From positions 1,088,001 through 1,152,000 of the forward strand of contig CBDCXR010000004.1 in NCBI GenBank assembly GCA_965223845.1: DNA of 64,000 bases. The letters run 5' to 3'. Each line of letters begins with the position of its first letter. The stretch's first letter is position 1. The position numbers and the translations under genes are program-made. The notes below the pieces were generated by a model that made no database searches, was not told where the DNA came from, and worked only from the letters and a program-made list of their open reading frames with translations. Source of the stretch: Planctomycetota bacterium. Its GTDB lineage: Bacteria > Planctomycetota > UBA8108 > SXIK01. Shown here in pieces: positions 46,543-57,275 of the stretch.

Positions 46543-48657
46543 ATGCCCACGCGATTCAGCTCTTCGTGGCTCACCGCCGTCCTCTCGTTCTGCCTCGCTG
46601 CGAACTCCGTCATCGCGGAAGAACCGGCGCAGACCTCGAAGCCGAAGCCGGCGCCGGAAACCGCCCACTTCGACCACCTCGAGCTCAAGGACGGAACCGA
46701 GGTGAAAGGAATCGTGCGCGAGTTCGGGGCGTGCCATCTCCAGCTCGAGATCGCGGGCGGATCCCGCATGATCCGCCGCCGCGATGTCTCCGGCATCCGG
46801 GTGGCGAAGGATCGGCCGGCGAGTTCGCTCGCTACGACGGACGCCGTGATCCGCGCCGACGGCCACCGCATCGAAGGTGAGATTCAGGCTCTGTCGGGCG
46901 GTCAGCTCGTCCGTGTGACGCTGAAGGGCGGCTCGCGGGTGACACTGCCGCGCTCTCAAGTCGCGAAGATCATCCGGAAGGGCGATGCGATCGAGACGGA
47001 CACGCACGTGTACACGAAAGAGCTCGGCGGGCGAATCGCGGAGGCGATCGAGCGCCTCTCGAGCTCGACCGAGCCGGCGGCGCGCCTTCCCGGGGCCGAC
47101 GAAAAGCTTCTCCTCGAATGCGGGATCTTCGCGATCGAGCCCGTTCGCGTCGCTCTGCAGAAGAAGAATGACGTGACGACCTCCGGACGCGATGCCTTCG
47201 CGCGAGTCGATCGCGTCTACCGCTACAAAGAGTTGACCGAACCCGCGATCGAGGATTACGACAAGGACGTGGCGGCGATCCTCACCTACGGCGACGCTTC
47301 CGCGAAGGAGAACCTCCTCTTCTTCCTATTCTCTCGCTTCGTCGGTGAATCGGTTCCCCTCGCGCTCGCGCTTGTCGAGGAACCCCGCGAATCCGTCGAG
47401 ATCCGTGCGTACGGAATCGACTTCCTCCGCCGGATGCAGCGGAACCGTGAGCTGCTCGATCTCTACTCCCGAACGACGGGACGAGTTCAGCTCGCCACTG
47501 CGATCGCCCTCGGTCGCAATCAGATTCTCCTCGGCATTCCGACTCTGATCGAAGCGCTCGAGCTCGACGACGAGGGCGTCCGTACGCTCGCGGTGCGGAG
47601 TCTGCGCGAGTTCAGCGCGAAGACCTTCCGCTTTCGCCCCGACGGAGCGCCGGAGGCGCGGCGAAAGGCGGTCGCGGCCTGGCGCGAGTGGTGGGAGTCT
47701 CGCCGCACCGACGTCGAAGCTCTCGCCCGCAAGGTGATCGAGGACGGCGCGCTCGAGACGCCGGAGCGCCGCCGGGCCCGCGAGCTCTGGCAGCGGGCCG
47801 AGCTCGCGCGAGGCAAGGGCGACGGCGCGTTCGCGCTCTCGCTGCTTCAAAAGTCGCTCACCTTCGATCCGAAGTTTTTCCGCGCCCAGATTTCGATCGC
47901 GGCGCTCCATCTGACCGATCTCGCCGACCCCGCGATGGCGAACGTGCTTCTCGAGAAGCTCGAACAGCAGAAGCGTCCGGATCTCGCGCCGGAGGATCGC
48001 TTTTGGATCTACTTCTACCTGGGCCACGCGCGGGCGACGCTCGGGGACGAGCACGGCGCGCTCGAAGCCTACGGAGAGTGTGTCCTCCAAGATCCGAACC
48101 GTCTCGACGGGCTCGATCGCCTCGCGGAGACCGCGTTCCGCGTCGCGACGACGGCTCCCGATCTCTCCCCTGGCGAACGCCGGAAATTGCTCGCGACGGC
48201 GCTCGAGACGTACGAGCAGCTCCGCGATGCCGCGGTTGCCGCCGAAGGTCGACTCGTGACGTTCGACATTTCGGATCTGCCGTCGGAGTCGACACTGCTC
48301 ATGGATCGCCGCCTCTACAATCGAACGGTGCTCGACTTTAGGCGGAAGTACCGACTCGATCGCTTCCGCTCGGTGCTCGCCATCGGTCGCATCCGTTCGC
48401 TTCGCGGTGAACAGGACCGAGCGATCGAGACGCTCGAAGCGTCGGTCGGAGCGCTCCGCGACTACCGCGACGTCGAGGAGCTCCGGCCCGTCGAGATCAA
48501 GATCCGCAATCTGCTCGGTACGCTCTACGAAGGAGCGGGAGACAACGCCGGTGCTCTGCGTCAGTACCGCTTCGTCCAGTCGCGCCTCGATCGTTCCGAC
48601 GCGCAGAGTCGCCAGGGACTCCGCCGGCTCGGCGCGGACGACAACGTCGGGAATTGA
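46543..48657 (+). CDS. Exported protein: two small beta-domain repeats + HEAT repeats + TPRs
   Basis: Signal peptide MPTRFSSSWLTAVLSFCLAANSVIA; DHLELKDGTEVKG and DAVIRADGHRIEG repeats; HEAT-like IPTLIEALELDDEGVRTLAVRSLRE...WREWW; TPR-like C-terminal half. Confidence 0.75.
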   Translation: MPTRFSSSWLTAVLSFCLAANSVIAEEPAQTSKPKPAPETAHFDHLELKDGTEVKGIVREFGACHLQLEIAGGSRMIRRRDVSGIRVAKDRPASSLATTDAVIRADGHRIEGEIQALSGGQLVRVTLKGGSRVTLPRSQVAKIIRKGDAIETDTHVYTKELGGRIAEAIERLSSSTEPAARLPGADEKLLLECGIFAIEPVRVALQKKNDVTTSGRDAFARVDRVYRYKELTEPAIEDYDKDVAAILTYGDASAKENLLFFLFSRFVGESVPLALALVEEPRESVEIRAYGIDFLRRMQRNRELLDLYSRTTGRVQLATAIALGRNQILLGIPTLIEALELDDEGVRTLAVRSLREFSAKTFRFRPDGAPEARRKAVAAWREWWESRRTDVEALARKVIEDGALETPERRRARELWQRAELARGKGDGAFALSLLQKSLTFDPKFFRAQISIAALHLTDLADPAMANVLLEKLEQQKRPDLAPEDRFWIYFYLGHARATLGDEHGALEAYGECVLQDPNRLDGLDRLAETAFRVATTAPDLSPGERRKLLATALETYEQLRDAAVAAEGRLVTFDISDLPSESTLLMDRRLYNRTVLDFRRKYRLDRFRSVLAIGRIRSLRGEQDRAIETLEASVGALRDYRDVEELRPVEIKIRNLLGTLYEGAGDNAGALRQYRFVQSRLDRSDAQSRQGLRRLGADDNVGN

Positions 48658-48776
48658 ATCTCGGCCGCGCGCGTCGCGTCCATGCGCTGAGTCGTTGAAC
48701 GATCGTTCGTGAGAACGCTGCCGAGGTGTTGCCCGTCGTCCCGTCTTCGGCCTAGGGCGAAACGCGGGATCGCCCG

Positions 48777-51308
48777 TCAGTTGCCCAGCGTTTCGCTTCG
48801 GTACGCGAAATCGGAGAGAACCACCGTCGAAACGTCGACGTTGTCGAGCTTTACCTCGCGGCGGATTTCGCCGATGTCCGGGGCGAGATAGACGGTGTAG
48901 ACGAGAAACGACGTGGTGCCGCGTTCCGGGTTCGAGCGCCGTCGCCAGAGCTTCACCTTGAGTACGTCGCTGACTTCCTTCCCGTTCGCGAGGGCGATGG
49001 TTTCGCCGAACGAGAGCACCTCGGTTCGGTAGAGGAACTCGACGTCTCCGTCCTTCCGCGAGTATTCGGTCTGAGGGTATTCGTCCGCGGCGGGGTTCAA
49101 GTTGACGGGAACGCGCCAGACGTCTCGCGCGATCTTCTTGACGAGGAATGCGCCCTCGCGGTGCCACGTCTCGGTCGAGACGGTGCGCTCTTCGCGCCGC
49201 TCGACGGTGTAGGCGTCGCCAGTTTTCTCCCCGACGACGACTCGATAGGTCTTGCTCTTCGCGCGGTCGACGTAGTCCCAGTGGTGGATGCGTTCGAGCG
49301 GGGCGAAATCTGCGTACGCTGCGACGAGACGGGAGCGCCGTCGGGTCAGCGCCTCGTCCGTGATCTTTCCGCCGAGGCGCTCGTAAGCGATGAAATCCCG
49401 GTAGGCAAGCTCCGGCGCCTGCTCGCGAAGATGAATCTGGGCGCGATAGCGATAGAGGTCGCGACAGGCTTTCGTCTCGGCGCGAGACAACTCCGAGTTG
49501 CTGAGGTCGGAGTAGACCTCCTTCGCGCGCTGGAAGTCCTTCGTGTAGAAGAGGCAATTCCCGAGTCGGAGGTACACTTCGACGGCGCGTTCGTCGAGGC
49601 CCGACTCGAGCAGTCGGCGCGCGTCCCGGTAGTGGCTGAGGGCGCGCTTCCAGGCGCCGCTCGCGTAGAGTCGGTCGGCGATCGCTCGGTGCGCGAGGAA
49701 CTGAGCGCTCCGGTCGCGCTTGGTCGGACTCGCGATCTTCGCGTACTGAGCGAGCGCGTCCTCCGGGCGGCCGTTTTCCGCGTAGTGGGAGCCGATCACA
49801 CGGTGCACGTCGGGGTTCTTGGTGGAATCCGCCAGTCCGCGCAGAAGACGGATCCCCGCGTCGGATCGGCCGCTCCGAACGAGCGCGAGGCCGAGGTATT
49901 CCGACTGGTTCTGGAAGCGACGGTGCTCGATGCTCTCGAGCGCTTTCGCTGCCGTCCGCCATTCCCCGAGATGGAAGCTCGCGACACCGCGTAAGTAGTG
50001 AAAGAGGTCCTTGTCGTTGTCGGTGAGCGCGGGGATCGACACGGAGGACAGCCGCGAGAGGACGCGGCGGTACTCCTTCTCGCCGAGGAGCTCGTAGGAC
50101 TCGGCGAGCGTCTTCGAGGTCTCTCGTCGCTTGAGGGCGATCTGGACGGCGTTGATGCGTTGCTGCAGGGTGGCGAGACGGTCGACCGCTCGGGTGAGCG
50201 TTTGCGCCTTTAGGTAGTGCTCAAGCGCGCGCTCGAGTCGTTCGACGTCGTCGGACGCGGAGAGAGTCACGGCGACGCCTTCGAGATGGCGGGACCAATG
50301 CTCATGAGCGTCGCTGAGCGCGCGGCGGAGCTCCGGCGTCTCGCCCTCGACGCGCGTCGTCTTCGCGATGAGCTTGCTTGCGCCCTCGTATTGACGGAGT
50401 GTGACGAGCTCGCGACTCTTCGCGATGGCGGCTCGAATGCGATTCTTTCGGTCTTCGGCCGCGATGCGCGCGCGCGCTTCCTCGAGGAAAGTCGCGATCG
50501 CCTCGGGGGGATTCGGGTGACGGTGCGCGAACGCCTCGATGAGCTCCACCGCCCGACGCTGCGACGTGCTCTCGATGCGGTCGAAGACCGCGACTAGGTG
50601 GAGATAGAGCGGGGCGAGCTCGGGGCCGTCGTGCCGCGTCGCGATGTCGAGCATGAGCTGGACGCTTTCGGCGTTGATGCCGTAGATCCCTTCTAGCGCG
50701 AGCGCCTTGAAGTGCCGATGCTCCCAGCGATTTGGGTCGGTGCGCTCGCACTCTGCGATCCACTCGAGACTCTGCTGGAAGTTCTCGATCTTCAAGTACC
50801 CGTACGCCCGCCACAGACGAGCGTCGTAGTCGTCGGGTGCCATCGCGAGAGCTGAGGAAACGAATGCGTTTCCGCGGACGAACTGCGTCCGTGCCTCGCG
50901 TTGAAGCCGGAGGTCCTCGGGTGTCCCCTGATTGCTCATCCGCTGCTCGATGCTTTCGCCGAAGCCGAAGTGTGCGCGACCCGAGAACAGCCAGGCGATC
51001 CGCTGCTCTTCTGGGGCGAGCTCCTCGGTCCCTTCAGCGGCCGCGAAATCGGCGATCGCGGGCTCGAACTTTCCCAACCCGAATCGTGCGCGGCCGCGAT
51101 GGAGAAGCGCCGAGGCGAGACTCGGGTGCGTTTCGAGGACGGCCGTAAACGCACTGTCCGCCGAGGCCCAGTCGCCGGATTCGAGCGCCGTGAGTCCGCG
51201 ATCGAACGTGGCTTGCTCGTCGACGCTGAGCCCGCCGCATCCGGCGTGCAGGATGGCGGCGGCGACGAGAGGAATCGTTTTGGAGAGGCGAGAGAACGAT
51301 CGAGTCAT
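48777..51308 (-). CDS. TPR-repeat lipoprotein with a C-terminal beta-rich (DUF3108/TapB-like) domain
   Basis: Lipobox HAG-C; many TPR units; C-terminus ETIALANGKEVSDVLKV...YLAPDIGEIRRE. Confidence 0.75.
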   Translation of the reverse strand: MTRSFSRLSKTIPLVAAAILHAGCGGLSVDEQATFDRGLTALESGDWASADSAFTAVLETHPSLASALLHRGRARFGLGKFEPAIADFAAAEGTEELAPEEQRIAWLFSGRAHFGFGESIEQRMSNQGTPEDLRLQREARTQFVRGNAFVSSALAMAPDDYDARLWRAYGYLKIENFQQSLEWIAECERTDPNRWEHRHFKALALEGIYGINAESVQLMLDIATRHDGPELAPLYLHLVAVFDRIESTSQRRAVELIEAFAHRHPNPPEAIATFLEEARARIAAEDRKNRIRAAIAKSRELVTLRQYEGASKLIAKTTRVEGETPELRRALSDAHEHWSRHLEGVAVTLSASDDVERLERALEHYLKAQTLTRAVDRLATLQQRINAVQIALKRRETSKTLAESYELLGEKEYRRVLSRLSSVSIPALTDNDKDLFHYLRGVASFHLGEWRTAAKALESIEHRRFQNQSEYLGLALVRSGRSDAGIRLLRGLADSTKNPDVHRVIGSHYAENGRPEDALAQYAKIASPTKRDRSAQFLAHRAIADRLYASGAWKRALSHYRDARRLLESGLDERAVEVYLRLGNCLFYTKDFQRAKEVYSDLSNSELSRAETKACRDLYRYRAQIHLREQAPELAYRDFIAYERLGGKITDEALTRRRSRLVAAYADFAPLERIHHWDYVDRAKSKTYRVVVGEKTGDAYTVERREERTVSTETWHREGAFLVKKIARDVWRVPVNLNPAADEYPQTEYSRKDGDVEFLYRTEVLSFGETIALANGKEVSDVLKVKLWRRRSNPERGTTSFLVYTVYLAPDIGEIRREVKLDNVDVSTVVLSDFAYRSETLGN

Positions 51309-51342
51309 GGGTACGGTGGTCCTTTGCCGGCTGGCGTGAAGT

Positions 51343-52008
51343 TCAGTCGCCGAAGTGGACGGGAAGATCGAACACGCGATCGAGGCTCCCCGTCGAGTCT
51401 CGCTTGTAGACGCGGACCTCGATGAACGCGTCCTCGGTGGTAAACCCGTCGACTCGCTCCTCGGGGATGCGGAAGAAGATCGCTCCCCGGTGGCTCGTGA
51501 CGTTCGGGCTCATGCGAATCGCCTCGAAACCTTTGTCCTTGTAGTCGTAGCGGAGCGCCTCGTTGGCGTCGTTGACGGACGACGCAACGAAGAAGCCGGG
51601 AAGGATCATGAAGAAAAACCCGGCGGCGGACCGCCAGTGGGAAAACCGGACTTCCTCGGAGATCTCCTCCGGAGCCGCGGTCTCTAAGCGCGTTCCGTCG
51701 CGAAGGACGAGGCGCATGTCGTGCCGGTTGATGTCGAACGTGTCGCGCGAGTCCTGGCTCGTTTCGAGGAGCATCAGGATCGGCGCGTAGCCGTGAGCGA
51801 CGAGATCGCGCGCGAAGTACTGGACGGAGTCGCGCGCGGTCGTGAGGTCCTCGGCCGCGACGTACAGTCCGCCGGCTTCCCTCTGTTGTGCCATCGCGGA
51901 TGCCGCGCGCTGCGAGTCGAGCGCCGTCGCAGAATAGTGGGCGCAGCCGGAAGTAGCCCCGAGCGCGAGCGAGAGAGAAACGAGGATGAACGCGCGTTCT
52001 CGGACCAT
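51343..52008 (-). CDS. Hypothetical lipoprotein
   Basis: GGAG RBS; signal peptide ending TSG-C; internal hydrophobic stretch AAGFFFMILPGFFVA; co-oriented with the TPR lipoprotein. Confidence 0.75.
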   Translation of the reverse strand: MVRERAFILVSLSLALGATSGCAHYSATALDSQRAASAMAQQREAGGLYVAAEDLTTARDSVQYFARDLVAHGYAPILMLLETSQDSRDTFDINRHDMRLVLRDGTRLETAAPEEISEEVRFSHWRSAAGFFFMILPGFFVASSVNDANEALRYDYKDKGFEAIRMSPNVTSHRGAIFFRIPEERVDGFTTEDAFIEVRVYKRDSTGSLDRVFDLPVHFGD

Positions 52009-52670
52009 GGTGGTCTCCGGAAAATGGTGATGACTTCGTTGAATGCGACTGATCCTGCGCTAACCGAACGAGCCGCGACGACACGATCCCGCTCTTTACG
52101 CCGGCGGGGCCGAGCTCCGACTCGGCCGGCGAGTCGAGGCGCTCGCACCGCCGATGGCGGGCCCACGGCAAGGCTCGAGCGATGGCTGTCGAAGGATTGC
52201 GGCGTCGCGATGGCGTGGCGTTCGGGAGACGATGCCCGCGGCGCGGGAGAGCGTCCTTTTCCCTTGCCGTGTGTATCGACTTTTAATAGGGTTCTCTTTC
52301 GCTGCGTCGGGTCCTTTCCGGTCCTTCAGCGGTGCGACCTCGCCGCGTTCACGCGTGCGCCGCCGTGTCGTTTGGGGTCCCTCCGAATCGGCGATCCGTC
52401 GCGGCCGCGGCGATTCTCGGCGAGGCGCTCTTCGCGCGGAGGTGTGCGAGGCGTCGTTCGCGCGAGCGTCCACAGCGCGGAATCCGCCGAGCCTCGTGCG
52501 AGAGGGTTGGCGAATCGAGCGGTCGAGCTCGGAGCGAGCCACACCGCGAGCCGCTTCCGTCCGGCCGGATCCCCCCGCGCCGCGGTTCCGCGAATCCCTC
52601 CTACCAACGATTACGAGTTTTGCCGGCGCGCCCAGCGAGCGCCGAGCGACGCGCGAACGGGAGACGTCGG

Positions 52671-53840
52671 TTGAAGGTTCACGAATTTCAAGCGAAGGAA
52701 GTCCTCGCCCGGTTCGGTGTGCCCGTCCTGAAAGGCGGCGTTGCCGAAACGGTCGACGAGGCCGTCTCGGCCGCCGAGCGACTCGGCGGCGAGGTGTGGG
52801 TCGTCAAGGCGCAGATCCACGCCGGCGGACGCGGGAAGGGCGGCGGTGTCAAGCTCTGCCGCAGCGTCGACGAGGTCCGCTCGGCGGCCGAGCAGATTCT
52901 CGGAATGACCCTCGTTACGCCGCAAACGGGACCCGCTGGCCAGCTCGTGCGGCGGGTTCTCGTCGAGACCGGATGCCGCATCGCGAACGAGTTCTACGTC
53001 GGGATCGTGCTCGACCGTGAGGTCGGGAAGCCGGTTCTGCTCGCGAGCTCGGAGGGCGGCATGGAGATCGAGGAGGTCGCCGCGAAGACTCCCGAGAAGA
53101 TTTTTCGGGAGATCATCGACCCGGTCGCCGGCCTCCAGGCGTTTCAGGGACGAAAGATCGCCCAGCGCCTAGGGCTTCGCGGTCCGTTGATTTCGAGCGG
53201 TGGACGTCTCCTCGAGGGGCTCGCTCGCGCGTACCTCGCAACGGACGCGTCGCTCGCCGAAATCAATCCCCTCGTTCAAACCGAAGACGATCAGCTCCTC
53301 GCGCTCGACGCGAAGATCAACTTCGACGACAACGGGCTCTTTCGCCATCCGGAGATCCGTGAGTATCGCGACCCCGGGGAGGAGGATCCGCAAGAGACGC
53401 GGGCGAGCGAGTTCCACCTGAGCTACATCAAGCTCGACGGCACGATCGGCTGCATGGTGAACGGTGCCGGGTTGGCGATGGCGACGCTCGACATCATTCA
53501 GCACGCCGGCGGTCAGCCCGCAAATTTCCTCGACGTCGGGGGCGGCGCGTCGACCGAGAAAGTGACGGAGGCGTTCAAAATCATCCTCGACGATCCGTCG
53601 GTGAAGGCGATTTTGGTGAACATCTTCGGCGGGATCATGAAATGCGACGTGATCGCCGCCGGAATCCTCGCCGCAGCCGAAGCGGTCGGCCTCAGCGTCC
53701 CTCTCGTCGTCCGCCTCGAAGGAACGAACGTGAAGGAAGGTATGAAGCTCCTCGAAGAGTCCGATCTCGCGACCATCCTCGCCGATTCGCTCTCCGATGC
53801 GGCTGAAAAGGCCGTCCGCGCGGCGGGAGGTGCAGCATGA
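52671..53840 (+). CDS. sucC: Succinyl-CoA synthetase beta subunit
   Basis: TTG start after GGGAG ([10 protein letters not shown]); [46 protein letters not shown]. Confidence 0.96.
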   Translation: MKVHEFQAKEVLARFGVPVLKGGVAETVDEAVSAAERLGGEVWVVKAQIHAGGRGKGGGVKLCRSVDEVRSAAEQILGMTLVTPQTGPAGQLVRRVLVETGCRIANEFYVGIVLDREVGKPVLLASSEGGMEIEEVAAKTPEKIFREIIDPVAGLQAFQGRKIAQRLGLRGPLISSGGRLLEGLARAYLATDASLAEINPLVQTEDDQLLALDAKINFDDNGLFRHPEIREYRDPGEEDPQETRASEFHLSYIKLDGTIGCMVNGAGLAMATLDIIQHAGGQPANFLDVGGGASTEKVTEAFKIILDDPSVKAILVNIFGGIMKCDVIAAGILAAAEAVGLSVPLVVRLEGTNVKEGMKLLEESDLATILADSLSDAAEKAVRAAGGAA

Positions 53841-54709
53841 GCGTCCTCGTCGACAAGAATACGCGCCTCCTCGTCCAGGGACTCACCGGTCGCACGGGAA
53901 CCTTTCACACTCGGCAGGCCGTCGAGTACGGAACGAACGTCGTCGCCGGCGTGACCCCGGGCCGCGGCGGCGCCGACGTGGACGGAATTCCGGTGTTCGA
54001 CACCGTCGCGGAGGCGGTGGCGGAGACGGGCGCGAACGCGTCGGTGATCTACGTCCCGCCGGCGTTCGCCGCCGACGCGATTCTGGAGTCCGCGGCGGAG
54101 GAGCTCCCGCTCGTCGTCTGTATCACCGAAGGGATTCCGGCGCTCGACATGTCCCGCGTCGCCGGAGCACTGCGCGGCGGGCCGACGCGTCTCATCGGTC
54201 CGAACTGCCCGGGGATCATCACTCCGGGGGAGTGCAAGATCGGGATCATGCCGGGTTACATTCATCGGCCCGGACGCATCGGGGTGATCTCGCGGAGCGG
54301 CACTCTCACCTACGAAGCGGTCTTTCAGCTCAGCGCGCTCGATCTCGGACAATCGACCTGCATCGGCATCGGCGGCGATCCTATCGTCGGAACGACGTTC
54401 GTCGACGCTCTTCGACTCTTCGAAGCCGATTCCGCCACCGCCGGCGTCGTCATGATCGGAGAGATCGGTGGGACGGCGGAGGAGGAGGCGGCGGAGTACA
54501 TCCGCGGAGAGATGTCGACTCCCGTTGCGGCGTTCATCGCCGGAAAGAGCGCTCCTCCCGGAAAGCGCATGGGCCACGCGGGCGCGATCATCGCGGGTGG
54601 CAAGGGAACGGCGGACGAGAAGATCCGTGCACTCGAAGCCGCGGGGTGCGCGGTCGCCGAGACTCCCGACCGCATGGGTGCGTGCATGGTCGAGATGCTC
54701 GGCGACTAA
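53837..54709 (+). CDS. sucD: Succinyl-CoA synthetase alpha subunit
   Basis: [36 protein letters not shown] (phospho-His). Confidence 0.97.
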   Translation: MSVLVDKNTRLLVQGLTGRTGTFHTRQAVEYGTNVVAGVTPGRGGADVDGIPVFDTVAEAVAETGANASVIYVPPAFAADAILESAAEELPLVVCITEGIPALDMSRVAGALRGGPTRLIGPNCPGIITPGECKIGIMPGYIHRPGRIGVISRSGTLTYEAVFQLSALDLGQSTCIGIGGDPIVGTTFVDALRLFEADSATAGVVMIGEIGGTAEEEAAEYIRGEMSTPVAAFIAGKSAPPGKRMGHAGAIIAGGKGTADEKIRALEAAGCAVAETPDRMGACMVEMLGD

Positions 54710-54796
54710 CCGGAGCTCGTCCGACGAGCGAAGGTCCGGGTTCCCCAGCCGATCGACAACGCGTGAGTGAGCGGTCGAGACGTCGAGCTGACGAAT

Positions 54797-55450
54797 CTAA
54801 CGACGGCGAGTCGACGAGGGTCTCGCCCGAGTGCCCGTCGTTCGTCGGCTCGTTCGTTTCGCCGGAGCCTTTTTCTTCTTGGCCGGCTTTTTCTTCTTCG
54901 CCGCGCGAGACGGTTTCTTCTTCGCCGGCGGATCGGAGAGATTCGCGGCCGCGATCGGGTCGCGGTGCCGTATCGCGTCCGGTCCCGTGAGCAGTGATTC
55001 GAAATCGCGGAAGAACCGGCGATTCGGATTCTTGACTCGGGCGTGGTGGAGAAGGAAGTGGATCATCCGGATCGTCTCGAGCGACGCGTGAGGGATCGAG
55101 TAGGCGATCTCCACCGCGACGCGCTGCGATTCGCGGAGAGCTTCGAGGTACGCTTTCTCCTCGCGCGTCACGCGCATCTGGACGTCGCCCTCGGGATCCC
55201 CGCTCTCGCGGAGGATGCGGCGGCGATGCTCGTGCCCCTGGTACGGATACGGGAGCGACTCGTCGAGAAGGTACTCGACGCTGACGCCGAGCTCGCCCGC
55301 GATGTTCCAAAGGACGTTCGCACGAGGCGAGTTGATTCCCGCCTCGATCTTTGAGAGCGCACTCGCGGTGATGTCGCAGAGCTGCGCGAGTCGCTGCTGC
55401 GTGAGGCCGCGATCGCGGCGCAGATTGAGGATCTTTCGTCCGAGCTCCAT
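54797..55450 (-). CDS. XRE/Cro-family HTH transcriptional regulator with a Lys/Ala/Pro-rich basic C-terminal tail
   Basis: LGRKILNLRRDRGLTQQRLAQLCDITASALSKIEAG...LGVSVEYLL; tail PAKKKPSRAAKKKKPAKKKKAPAKRTSRR. Confidence 0.88.
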   Translation of the reverse strand: MELGRKILNLRRDRGLTQQRLAQLCDITASALSKIEAGINSPRANVLWNIAGELGVSVEYLLDESLPYPYQGHEHRRRILRESGDPEGDVQMRVTREEKAYLEALRESQRVAVEIAYSIPHASLETIRMIHFLLHHARVKNPNRRFFRDFESLLTGPDAIRHRDPIAAANLSDPPAKKKPSRAAKKKKPAKKKKAPAKRTSRRTTGTRARPSSTRRR

Positions 55451-55743
55451 CACGTACTCTTCCGGCGCTGACTCTTCTGGCCCGTTCCCTTCTTCTCGAC
55501 GGTCTCGCCCCTACGTCCGGGCACCCACCCAGCCGGTGATCCCCGTAGCTCGCGCTGCGGGATCACCCTGCTCGTCTACCCCGCTCTTCTACCCCGCCCC
55601 GGTGCCATCGATCGACCGTCTCCTCTCTTCAATTCGCCGGCCGTTTACGTCATGCTCTCTCGACCGTCCGCGACCCCGGAGCAACGGACTCGCAACCGGA
55701 ATCCCGGACGAACGCGGCCCGGAGCAGGCGGCGAAACCGATGC

Positions 55744-55781
55744 CCCTTACGTTCCCGGACGAGCCCTTACGTTTCCGGACG
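55744..55781. repeat. Tandem 18-bp direct repeat with 20-bp period (candidate operator)
   Basis: CCCTTACGTTCCCGGACG (55744-61) and CCCTTACGTTTCCGGACG (55764-81): 17 of 18 identical. Confidence 0.7.
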
Positions 55782-56028
55782 CGACCGCGGCCCATGATCG
55801 GCTCCGCGACAGTCTCCGGCGCGGGTCGGTCCCACGGCTCGGGCATGACCAAACTCGACTCAGGCGAAAGGTTTTTCCTATTCTCAAGTGGACCACGATC
55901 GACGCAAGCAAAAACGACGCCTACGGCTCGGGGGCGTTTCGTGCGGATCCGACGCGTCGCCGAGCGAGCGTGAAGAACTCCGCGACTCGATCGAAACTAG
56001 AGTGTCCCAGCGTCGAAGCCGGTGAGAG

Positions 56029-57072
56029 GTGAGGCTTAGAGTGAGCGATCCCTTGAATTCCGTGGTGACCGCCGCCGGAGAGCCGGCGCGCGATGCCGTG
56101 CGGGCGGTCGCGAACGAGCTCGCCGCCGTCTCGAAGCTCGCCGTCGCGGCACACCTCTCCCCCGACGGGGATGCGCTCGGCTCGATGGCCGCGCTCGTCC
56201 TCGGGTTGCGTGCTCTCGGGAAGGACGCGCGGGCTTTCACGGCCGATGCCGTCTCGTCGCGCTACGCCGAACTGCTTCCGGACGGCGTCGTCGAGTCTTG
56301 CCTTCCCCGTGACGCGCGTCGCGGGTTAAAGGACCGAGACCTGTTCGTTGTCCTCGACACGAGCGAGCCCGAGCGGCTCGGGCACTACACGGAGTCCTTC
56401 TACGGGTCGAGCGCGCGTCGCGTGTGTATCGATCATCATCGCGTGCACTCGCTCGGCCGGCACGATCTCGAGCTCATCGTCCCCGACTCCCCGTCGACGG
56501 GGTCGCTCGTCCTCGCCGTGCTCGACGAGCTCGGCGTCGAGATCGACAGCGCGATCGCGCGCTCACTCTGGCTCGCGATCTCGACCGACACGGGGTGGTT
56601 TCGCTTCTCGAACACCGGTCCGTGGGCATTCTCCGACGCGGCGCGGCTCGTTCCGCTCATCGGTTCGGTCGAAGAGGCCTACGACTCGCTCTACTGCTGC
56701 CTCAGCCGGGATCAGGCGCGGGTGTTCGGTCAGGTGCTGGCGGGCGTCGAAACGGATTTCGAGGGTACATTCGCCTGGTCGATTCTCTCTCCCGCGGTTC
56801 GGGGCAGCGTGTCGCTCGCGGAGCTCGACGGCGTGATCGACACGCTCAAGTCCGTCCAGGGGGCGGACTACATCGCCCTCATCACGGAGACCGCACCGGA
56901 GAGCTACAAGGTTAGTCTACGTGCCCGCGGCGAGGCGGAAGTCGAGAGCATCGCGCGTCGATTCGGCGGCGGCGGGCACGCGAAGGCGGCCGGGTGCCGG
57001 TTGGCCGGCTCGCTCGAATCGGTGATCGAGCGCATCCGCGCCGCCATCGGCGAGCAGATCGGGCCGCGGTGA
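56029..57072 (+). CDS. nrnA: DHH/DHHA1 phosphoesterase (NrnA-like nanoRNase/pAp phosphatase)
   Basis: HLSPDGDALGS, VLDT, IDHH, STDTGWFRF, SLR, FGGGGHAKAAG. Confidence 0.88.
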   Translation: MRLRVSDPLNSVVTAAGEPARDAVRAVANELAAVSKLAVAAHLSPDGDALGSMAALVLGLRALGKDARAFTADAVSSRYAELLPDGVVESCLPRDARRGLKDRDLFVVLDTSEPERLGHYTESFYGSSARRVCIDHHRVHSLGRHDLELIVPDSPSTGSLVLAVLDELGVEIDSAIARSLWLAISTDTGWFRFSNTGPWAFSDAARLVPLIGSVEEAYDSLYCCLSRDQARVFGQVLAGVETDFEGTFAWSILSPAVRGSVSLAELDGVIDTLKSVQGADYIALITETAPESYKVSLRARGEAEVESIARRFGGGGHAKAAGCRLAGSLESVIERIRAAIGEQIGPR

Positions 57073-57275
57073 TTCGCCACGGGACGAGTTCGCACTTCGC
57101 ACGGCGATAGTCTCTGGCGGATCCCTCGGGTTGCGATAGACTTCTCGTTTGCGTTCGGTGGCGGGCGACGATTCGGTGCACTTCGTCGACCGAGCCGAGC
57201 GACGGGAGAGCGCTCTCTGCTCTCGAGCCACTAGCTGCCGCCGAACCATCACCCGAACTGACTCCGATCCTCTCG

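Noticed and set aside
55744-55781. CRISPR array
   Set aside because: Only two short units separated by 2 nt, with no spacers and no cas genes.
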